From an uncultured Solirubrobacterales bacterium (GTDB lineage Bacteria; Actinomycetota; Thermoleophilia; Solirubrobacterales; 70-9), in the NCBI GenBank assembly GCA_963762325.1, contig CAVXKQ010000002.1, positions 39,979 to 103,978 of the forward strand: a DNA stretch of 64,000 bases, read 5' to 3'. Both the position numbers and the translations under genes were made by a program. Below the pieces are notes generated by a model. The model ran no database searches, was not told where the DNA came from, and saw only the letters and a list, made by a program, of their open reading frames with translations. Shown here piece after piece: positions 51,696 through 58,349 of the stretch (position 1 is its first letter; the number at the start of each line of letters is the position of its first letter).

Positions 51696-52912
51696 CCGAA
51701 GTCGGTGCCGGGGGCGTAGAAGCCGGCGAAGGTCGAGGTGGCGGTGCCGGAGGGAATCGCTCCCGGCACCCGTTCGTAGGTGAAGCTGTGGCCGCTGGCG
51801 CTGATCGCGGTGGCGCGGGAGAGATCGAGGTTGATCAGCACCTGCCGCTGCGGCGCCCCGCCCGACTCGGCGATCGAGAAGATCGCCCGCGATTTGGCGC
51901 CGGCGATCTCGATTTCCGGTTCGGCGGTCGTGAGATCGATCCCGTGACCGCTGTAGAGGAAGCGGACGGCGCCGCCGAAGCGGACCAGGGCGCTGTCGTC
52001 GGCGGGGTCCGCCGGGTTGGCGCCGGCGTCGTGCCAGCCCCCGGCCGCGAAGGGGAAGTGGAAGCCGTAGCTGAGCGCCGCCGAGGCGCCGGACAGCAGC
52101 ACCGGCGGGTCGGCCGTGGCGCCGCCGGAGACGCTCGTCCCCTCGCCGGTGCCGATGTAGCGGATGAAGGACTCGCGCACCTGCCAGTCGATCGAGGCGG
52201 CGACGACGTCGGTCGCGCTTAGCGGGCGCGGCGCCGGCACCAGCGGCTCCTCCGGGGCGGGACCGGCGCCGCTGGGCAGTGGGCAGGCGGTCGATTTCCG
52301 GGCTGCCTCGCCGGGGGAGGAGGGACTACCGCCGGCCGCGCCGCCACCGCCGCCGCGGGTCAGACCGGCGAGATCGGAGGCGAGGGTGCCGAAGCGCCGC
52401 GGGGCCAGCGCGTCCAGGCCCAGCCTGGCGGCGAGCGTACGGGCGCCGCCGCGGGTCAGCTTCAGGCGCAGGCCGTCGAGACGCACGCTGCCCGTCGCCG
52501 CGTCTATCTCTCGCCTGCCGCCGGGGAGAACCTTGAAGAGGTCGATCTCCTCGCCGCCGAGCTCGGCCTCGACCAGCGAGCGATCGCCGAGCAGCAGCCT
52601 GAGCTTGGTCAGGCGCGCCCTGCCGCCGTCGGCGCTGGTCAGCGAGATGCCGCCGCGGTGGCGCAGCAGGGTCGTGCTCGAGCCGGCAAGCCCGGCGGCG
52701 ACCGGCAGGGAGACCCTGCGGCCGCCGCCGCTCCCGGGTTTGATCGGGGTGATGCGAACGCCCTGCTCACGCAGGGCGTTCGCCGCCGGGCCGTCCAGCG
52801 TCAGCTTCGTCTCCCCGTCGGCGCCGAGCGCCTGCGCGGGGAGGGCGATGGCGGCGGCGGCGATCGCCACCGTCGCGAAACCGCCGAGCCGGCTGGTCGG
52901 CCTCCGCCTCAT
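51662..52912 (-). CDS. HtaA-domain (heme-binding, cell-surface) protein, paralog 1
   Basis: Signal peptide, then IDWQVRESFIRYIG...VRFGGAVRFLYSGHGIDLT...FAGFYAPGTDFG, which is the HtaA-domain pattern. Confidence 0.7.
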   Translation of the reverse strand: MRRRPTSRLGGFATVAIAAAAIALPAQALGADGETKLTLDGPAANALREQGVRITPIKPGSGGGRRVSLPVAAGLAGSSTTLLRHRGGISLTSADGGRARLTKLRLLLGDRSLVEAELGGEEIDLFKVLPGGRREIDAATGSVRLDGLRLKLTRGGARTLAARLGLDALAPRRFGTLASDLAGLTRGGGGGAAGGSPSSPGEAARKSTACPLPSGAGPAPEEPLVPAPRPLSATDVVAASIDWQVRESFIRYIGTGEGTSVSGGATADPPVLLSGASAALSYGFHFPFAAGGWHDAGANPADPADDSALVRFGGAVRFLYSGHGIDLTTAEPEIEIAGAKSRAIFSIAESGGAPQRQVLINLDLSRATAISASGHSFTYERVPGAIPSGTATSTFAGFYAPGTDFGCATVSFTTAG

Positions 52913-54121
52913 TCGGTTTCCACCGAGATCGTCACCGGGTCCAGCTCCTGCCCCGCCGGGTAGGTGGAGCCGAAGGCGGCGGCTCCAGCGGCGGTCAGTT
53001 TCGCCGGGACGGCGCTCCAGGTGATCGTCTTCCCGCCCGCCGAGTAGGTCGGCGTGACGGCGCTGGCGTCGAGCGTCGCGAACTCGACGTCGGCGGTCGG
53101 CACGGCCGGCTGGTCGGTGCAGCTCATGCCTGCCGGGGTGTCGATGTCGTAGACGGAGTCGAGCGCGATCGACGAGTCGGCCCCGTCGATCGTCAGCTCG
53201 AGGTTCGAGAGCTTGACTTCGATGATGCAGTGGCCGGGCTTGGCGAAGACGACGTTGCCCTGCGTCTGCACCGTCATCCTGTCGGTGGCGCCGCCGAGGC
53301 CCTTTTCATAGCTGCCGCCGGCGTTCGGGAAGCTGAAGAACGATCCCGCTTCGGTCAGCGTCCCGGTCGAGGTCGCGCCTTCGCCGGTGCTGATCGTGCC
53401 GATCGACGAGGGCGGTCCCTGCTGGCCGAGGACGTAGGCGCGCCAGCTCGCCAGCACGCCCCAGTCGGCGTCGCCGCCGACGATCGCCTTGGCGGCGGCG
53501 TGAGACGGTTTCGGAGCCTCCGGATCCTTCGGCCCCGGCGTGATCGGGGCTGCGGGAATGCTGGTAGTGGTCCGCGCCTGCAGCCAGACCATGCCGACGC
53601 CCTTCTTGACCAGGGTGCTGTCCGAGGCCGAGCTTCTGCTTGAGGAGGGTCGCCGCCGCGGTGGTGAGCTGCAGCTTGCCGTCCCTGAGGACCGCCGAGT
53701 CGCCGCTGAGGACCGGCGTCGCGCCGAGCTTGAAGACGGGGATCTCGGCGTCGCCGAGCTTGCCGACCAGGGTGCCCGCCCCGAGGTCGAAGCGAATCGC
53801 GGTCAGCGCCAGCGAGCGTTTGCCGCGCTTGAAGCTGAGGCTGCCGGCGCTGGTCGCCGCCGGCTGCGCCCCGGTCGTCAGCTCGAGGATCGGCAGGTTC
53901 AGCCTGCCTCCCTGGCCGCTGACGCCGGGGCCGGCGGCGAGCTTCACGCCCTGGCCGCTGAGGGTGCGCCCTTTGCTGTGGTTGGCGGCGACGATCGTCG
54001 CCTCGCCCTGGCCGCTGGCGGCGCTGGCCGGACCCGCCAGGGCGGCGGTCATCGCGGCGGTGGCGCTGAGGGCGAGCAGGCTGGCCGCCAGCCTGCTCCT
54101 TCTCGCTTCGTTCGAACTCAT
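52909..54121 (-). pseudogene. HtaA-domain protein, paralog 2, with a 1-nt frame disruption at ~53622-53623
   Basis: The N-terminal half is ORF 53306..54121 (signal peptide; ..LLKQKLGL). The C-terminal half is ORF 52909..53592 (..ADWGVLASWRAYVLG..AFGSTYPAGQELDP). The junction reads KLGL/DSTLVKK, parallel to RLGLDALAP in paralog 1. Confidence 0.65.
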
Positions 54122-54183
54122 TCTCGAAAGGTCTCCTTGTTTCTCTGCGCACGAGGTGCGTTGGACTCGACGGTAGCCTTGAA

Positions 54184-54197
54184 TTAGGGCACCCTAA
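54184..54197. promoter_or_regulatory. TTAGGG-CA-CCCTAA palindrome (candidate iron/heme-responsive operator)
   Basis: A 14-bp palindrome with perfect 6-bp arms, 63 nt upstream of the htaA-like start at 54121. Confidence 0.55.
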
Positions 54198-54222
54198 TAA
54201 ATCCACACTAACAAAGTAGGAA

Positions 54223-54236
54223 TTAGGGTGTCCTAA
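54223..54236. promoter_or_regulatory. TTAGGGTGTCCTAA palindrome (candidate operator)
   Basis: Exact reverse complement of the box at 57346..57359. It overlaps the ATPase stop codon and lies 102 nt upstream of the htaA-like start. Confidence 0.55.
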
Positions 54237-55116
54237 TGCCTCCCTCGGAGAGCCAGGCGACGTGCAGGGCGGTGCGCGCGTCGTGCGCGGTCAGGCGCGC
54301 GTCGGCGCCCCAGACCTGGGCCAGGCGCTCGCTGCTCAGAACCTCTTCGGCGCTGCCGGCCGCGACCGTGCGCCCGGCCGAGACGGCCACCACGCTGTCG
54401 GCGATCGCCGCCGCGAGGGCGAGGTCGTGGACGACCAGCAGCACCGCCAGGCCTTCGTCGACGAGGTCGCGGAGCAGGCCGGCGACGCCGATCGTGGCGC
54501 CGAGGTCGAGCTGTGAGGTCGGCTCGTCGGCGATCAGCACCGGCGCCTCCTGGGCCAGCCCGATCGCGATCTGGACCCGCTGCAGCTCGCCCCCCGAGAG
54601 GGTCGTCAGCGCCCGCTCGGCGAACTGGCTGACGCGGGCCCGCTCCAGCGCTCGCTCGATTCCCGCCTGGTCCTCGGCGGTCAGCCGGCGCAGCGGGCGC
54701 AACCGCGCGGAGCGGCCGATCGTCACCGCTTCGCGGACGCTGACGCCGGCCGGCACCGGCATCCGCTGCGGCACGAAGGCGCGCAGCTCGGCCAGCTCGC
54801 GCCCCCGCATCGCGCTCACCTCGCGCCCGGCCCAGCGAGCGCTGCCCGCGGCCATCCGCTGCAGCCCCGAGACGGCCCGCACCAGCGTCGACTTCCCCGC
54901 CCCGTTGGGCCCGACCACCGCGACCAGCTCACCAGCTTTCAGACTGAGGTCGGCCCCTCGCAGGATCGGCGTTCCCGCGATCTCCACCTCGATCCCGCGT
55001 GCCTCGAGCAGCTGAGCCGGAGGAGGGGGTCCCTCCGGCGGGCCTCCAGCAACGCCCATAGGGCCGTGCGCCCGACGGAGGGACCCCCTCCTCCGGCCCT
55101 TTTCCTCGGAGGTCAC
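54223..55116 (-). CDS. ABC transporter ATP-binding protein (HmuV/FecE-like)
   Basis: Walker A GPNGAGKST, signature LSGGELQR, Walker B VLIADEPTS. The start is GTG 55116 or ATG 55059. Either way the N-terminus is encoded by the 55016..55097 hairpin. Confidence 0.8.
   Translation of the reverse strand: MTSEEKGRRRGSLRRAHGPMGVAGGPPEGPPPPAQLLEARGIEVEIAGTPILRGADLSLKAGELVAVVGPNGAGKSTLVRAVSGLQRMAAGSARWAGREVSAMRGRELAELRAFVPQRMPVPAGVSVREAVTIGRSARLRPLRRLTAEDQAGIERALERARVSQFAERALTTLSGGELQRVQIAIGLAQEAPVLIADEPTSQLDLGATIGVAGLLRDLVDEGLAVLLVVHDLALAAAIADSVVAVSAGRTVAAGSAEEVLSSERLAQVWGADARLTAHDARTALHVAWLSEGGIRTP
55016..55097. repeat. perfect 22-bp inverted repeat at the permease/ATPase gene junction
   Basis: The arm GCCGGAGGAGGGGGTCCCTCCG (55016..55037) pairs with CGGAGGGACCCCCTCCTCCGGC (55076..55097). 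The 38-nt loop contains GCCCATAGGGC. Confidence 0.85.
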
Positions 55117-55118
55117 GG

Positions 55119-56103
55119 TCAGACCGCCTTCCGCAGGAGCCAGAGGAACAGGGGCACGCCGAGGAGGACCATGAAGGGGCCGACGGGCATCTCGATTGGG
55201 GCGCGCAGGGTGCGGGCCAGGGTGTCGCCGGCGGCGAGCAGGGCGGCGCCGCCGAGCGCCGAGGCGGGGACGACGAAGGTGTGGCTGGAGGTGCCGCCCG
55301 GCCATCCGCACGACGTGGGGGACGACCAGGCCGAGGAAGCCGAGCAGGCCGGCGATCGCCGCCGAGGCGGCCGCCAGCAGCGCCGCCGCGATCCCGGCCC
55401 CGAGCCGGATCAGCTGCGGGCGCGAGCCGAGCGAGGCGGCGACGTCGTCGCCGAGGGCGAGGCGGTCGAGCGGCCGGATCAGGCAGGCGGCGACGAGGAA
55501 GCCGACCGCGAAGTAGGGCCAGATCGTCTCCATCTCCTGCCAGCCGCTGGAGGTGAGGCCGCCGGCGATGAAGAAGATCGCCGAGGGCGCCCGCTCCGGG
55601 TAGGCGGCCAGCAGCCCCGTGGTCCCCGCCGTGAACAGCGAGAGCATCGCGATCCCGGCCAGGATCACCTTGCCGGTGCTGCCGCGGTTGCGGCCCGACC
55701 AGGCGAAGGCGAAGACCAGGGTCGCCGCCAGCAGGCCGAAGAAGAGCGCGCCGACCGGCAGCAGCGCGATCGAGCCGGGGAAGAGGATGATGATCAGGAT
55801 CGCCCCGAAGCCGGCGCCGCCGGTGACCCCGATCACGTCGGGCGAGGCGAGCGGGTTGGCCAGCGCTCCCTGCAGGATCGCCCCGGCGATGCCGAGCGCG
55901 GCGCCGACGATCAGCGCCTCGACCGTGCGCGGCAGCCGCAGCGCCTCGACGATCTGCTGGTCGGTGCCGCCGCCGCCCTTGCCGAGCAGGATGTCGATCA
56001 CCTCGGCGGCCGGCACCTTGACCGCGCCCAGCGCCAGCGAGGCGATCGTGGCGAGGGCGAGGGCGACGAGCAGCGCCGCGAAGACCAGGGTCCGGCGCGC
56101 CAA
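55119..56103 (-). pseudogene. FecCD-family ABC permease (HmuU-like) with a 1-nt frame disruption at ~55293-55300
   Basis: TTG start at 56103. The sequence runs ..ALRLPRTVEALIVGAALGIAGAILQGALANPLASPDVIGV.. to ..VVPHVVRMAG. The true C-terminus GGTSSHTFVVPASALGGAALLAAGDTLARTL..LWLLRKAV* is in the next frame. Confidence 0.7.
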
Positions 56104-56108
56104 ACCGG

Positions 56109-56995
56109 TCAGTTCTGCAGGTAGATCGCGACGGACCTTGCGGATCGTGCGGGCGATGTCGGTGCCGGCCTGCAGCAGCGAGTTGTCGACCGAGACGTAG
56201 ACCCGGCCGGTCCGGGCCGCCGTGGTGCTGGCCCAGGCAGGGTTGGCCCGCAGGTACTCGGTCAGGCTGGGGATGTCGTCGGCATTGGCGTGGGGGACGG
56301 CGATGATGACGTCCGGGTTTTCGGCGACCACGACTTCGTCGGAGATCCGCTCGAAGCCCGAGCTGGACTCGACGCCGCCGGTCAGCAGCCTGCCGCCGGC
56401 CTTGGTGACGATGTCGCCGCCCCAGCTGTTGGGCAGGAAGGTGAAGGGGGTGCGGCCGACGCCGAGGATCAGCATCACCTTCGGGTGCCTGCGGATCCCG
56501 GTGTTGGCGGCTTCGACCTGCTTGCGCATCGACTGCAGGAGGTCGCGGGCGTAGTGCTTGCGGCCGACGATCGTGCCGATCTTGAAGGTGTCGGCGAAGG
56601 CGCCGTCGATCGAGCGCGGGTCGTGGAGGACGACGTCGATTCCCAGGCTCCCCATCGCCTGGTTCCCTTTCGCCCAGGTCTTGGAGGAGAAGACGAGGTC
56701 GGGGTCCAGCGAGGCGAGCTGCTCGAGGTTGGGCCCGTTGGGGTGGGAGAGCGGCAGCTTCGGGACGCCCTTCAGCTTCGGCGAGAAGCGTTCGTTGCCG
56801 CCCAGCGTCTCGCCGATCGCCGACCGGGGTGACGCCGAGCTTGGCCAGGGTGTTGGCGGCGAACGGGGTCAGGGCGACGATCCGCTGCGGCGGCGCCGCC
56901 TGGCTCGCGGCCGGCAGGCAGAGCGCGACCGCGAGCGCCAGCAGCGCCGCCCCGGCGCCCCTTGCCCGCGGCCGGCGGGGAAGGCCCCAGCTCAC
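56109..56995 (-). pseudogene. periplasmic-binding-protein (HmuT/FecB-like, heme/siderophore type) with frame disruptions at ~56818 and ~56127-56130
   Basis: Lipoprotein-like signal ALLALAVALCLPAASQA, then RIVALTPFAANTLAKLGVTPVG in one frame and IGETLGGNERFSPKL..PNLEQLASLDPDLVFSS..DVIIAV.. in another. An alternative frame gives ..AIYLQN* with a TGA 5 nt before the permease TTG. Confidence 0.6.
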
Positions 56996-57291
56996 GCCGG
57001 CACCCTCGCGTCGATCACGTCGTAGTTGCGGACCTCGCTGCCGTGGGCGAGCTCGCCGTCGGCGTGGCGGTGGCTCATCTTGAAGAGGTCGCTGTTGACC
57101 CAGGCCTTGAACGCCTCGTCGCTCTGCCAGCGGCTGAGCACGACGTACTCGCCGTCGCGGTCGCGCCGCAGCAGCTCGAAGCTGGCGAAGCCCTCGGCTT
57201 TGTGGACGTGGCTCTCCCGCTCCAGGAACGCGCGCTCGAAGGCCTCCCGCCTCTCCTCATGCACGTGGACGACGTTCATCACCAGATACAA
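56992..57291 (-). CDS. IsdG/MhuD-type heme-degrading monooxygenase (ABM domain)
   Basis: (M)YLVMNVVHVHE...VLSRWQSDEAFKAWVNSDLFKMSHRH parallels S. aureus IsdG ..[26 protein letters not shown], with the catalytic Asn/Trp/His positions. TTG at 57291 sits 7 nt after AAGGAG. Its stop overlaps the binding-protein GTG (GTGA). Confidence 0.75.
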   Translation of the reverse strand: MYLVMNVVHVHEERREAFERAFLERESHVHKAEGFASFELLRRDRDGEYVVLSRWQSDEAFKAWVNSDLFKMSHRHADGELAHGSEVRNYDVIDARVPA

Positions 57292-57345
57292 GGGCCCGCT
57301 CCTTTGAAGATGGAGGGCGCCCGACGTCCCCATCGGCCGTGGAGC

Positions 57346-57388
57346 TTAGGACACCCTAATTAGGTTGACCTAACTTAGGGTACCCGAA
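57346..57388. promoter_or_regulatory. three abutting 14-bp TTAGG-N4-CCTAA palindromes (candidate metalloregulator operator array)
   Basis: TTAGGACACCCTAA (57346), TTAGGTTGACCTAA (57360) and TTAGGGTACCCGAA (57375). They lie 55-97 nt upstream of the heme oxygenase start. The middle box plus 5 nt matches 15/19 positions of the DtxR/IdeR consensus TTAGGTTAGCCTAACCTAA. Confidence 0.6.
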
Positions 57389-57404
57389 TAGGGAAAAGCT
57401 GGAT

Positions 57405-58214
57405 CTACGGCCGAGCCGGGACCCGCGGCTGTCCGAGTCCGTAGGTCTCGTAGGCGCCGAACTCGGCGAAGGTCTTGTGGGTCGGCCCGTGGTAGTCGGA
57501 GGAGCCGGTCGGGACGAGCTCGAGCTCCTCGCAGAGCTCGAGCAGGTGCGCGGTCTGCTCCTTGCTGTGGCTCGGGTAGAAGGTCTCGACCCCGTCGGCG
57601 CCGAGCGAGCGGATCAGCTCCTCGACCTTCTCGGGCTCGGAGACGTCCCAGTAGGGGTGGGCGATCACGGCGGCGCCGCCGGCCTCGCGGATCAGCGCGA
57701 TCGCCTGCTCGGCGCTGGGCCAGCGGCGCGGCACGAAGGCCTTGGCGCCGGGCACCAGGTACTCCTCGAAGAAGGGGCCGAGGTCGCCGGTCGCGCCCGC
57801 CGCCCGGGCGATGTGGGGACGGCCGATCGAGTCGGCGGCGCCGGCCTCGCGGATCGCGTCGTCGAGGGTAAGGTCGAAGCCCTCGCGCCGCAGGTTCTCG
57901 ACGATCTCCCCGGCCCTGTCGCGGCGCTCCTGCTGGGCGCGCTCGCAGGCCGGCCCGATCCTCTCCAGGTCGACCCAGTAGCCGCAGATGTGCAGGTCTT
58001 CGGCGTACTCGTGCACGCAGGACATCTCGATCGCGGGCACCAAATCGATTCCAACCCGCCGCGCCGCCTCCGCGGCCGCTGGCACGCCGGCGACGGCGTC
58101 GTGGTCGGTCAGCGCCAGCGTGGTGACGCCGGCCTTGGCAGCTTCCGCGACGACCTCAGCCGGCGCCAGCTGCCCGTCCGAGACCGTCGAATGGCTCTGC
58201 AGCTCGATCAACAT
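57405..58214 (-). CDS. PHP-domain phosphoesterase (TrpH/YciV-like)
   Basis: MLIELQSHSTVSDGQ...LALTDHDAV...AVIAHP...GSSDYHG are the PHP metal-binding motifs. ATG at 58214. The 735-aa track ORF is an upstream extension. Confidence 0.8.
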   Translation of the reverse strand: MLIELQSHSTVSDGQLAPAEVVAEAAKAGVTTLALTDHDAVAGVPAAAEAARRVGIDLVPAIEMSCVHEYAEDLHICGYWVDLERIGPACERAQQERRDRAGEIVENLRREGFDLTLDDAIREAGAADSIGRPHIARAAGATGDLGPFFEEYLVPGAKAFVPRRWPSAEQAIALIREAGGAAVIAHPYWDVSEPEKVEELIRSLGADGVETFYPSHSKEQTAHLLELCEELELVPTGSSDYHGPTHKTFAEFGAYETYGLGQPRVPARP

Positions 58215-58237
58215 GACGGCGCAGCCTAGCTCTGCCC

Positions 58238-58324
58238 GGTGGTGGGTCGCGCGCCCCCTCCCCAGACACTCAACAGCGAGCCATAGCGAGCTGTGTCTGG
58301 GGAGGGGGCGCGCGACCCACCACC
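58238..58324. repeat. perfect 32-bp inverted repeat in the divergent PHP/accA intergenic region
   Basis: The arm GGTGGTGGGTCGCGCGCCCCCTCCCCAGACAC (58238..58269) pairs with its exact complement at 58293..58324. The 23-nt loop is TCAACAGCGAGCCATAGCGAGCT. Confidence 0.9.
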
Positions 58325-58349
58325 CCGCCCACAAATAAACTGCGCCGCC

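Noticed and set aside
54223-56655. A single 810-aa binding-protein-permease-ATPase fusion protein, as the ORF track suggests.
   Set aside because: The true permease C-terminus and the binding-protein N-terminus are readable in neighbouring frames. In-frame continuity arises from 1-nt frame breaks and the absence of stops. It is better interpreted as three genes. The binding-protein/permease boundary remains uncertain.
57346-57388. Calling the palindromes canonical DtxR/IdeR iron boxes.
   Set aside because: Only the middle box approaches the 19-bp consensus, at 15/19. The repeating unit is a 14-mer with different internal spacing. I report them as related candidate operators, and the regulator is unknown.
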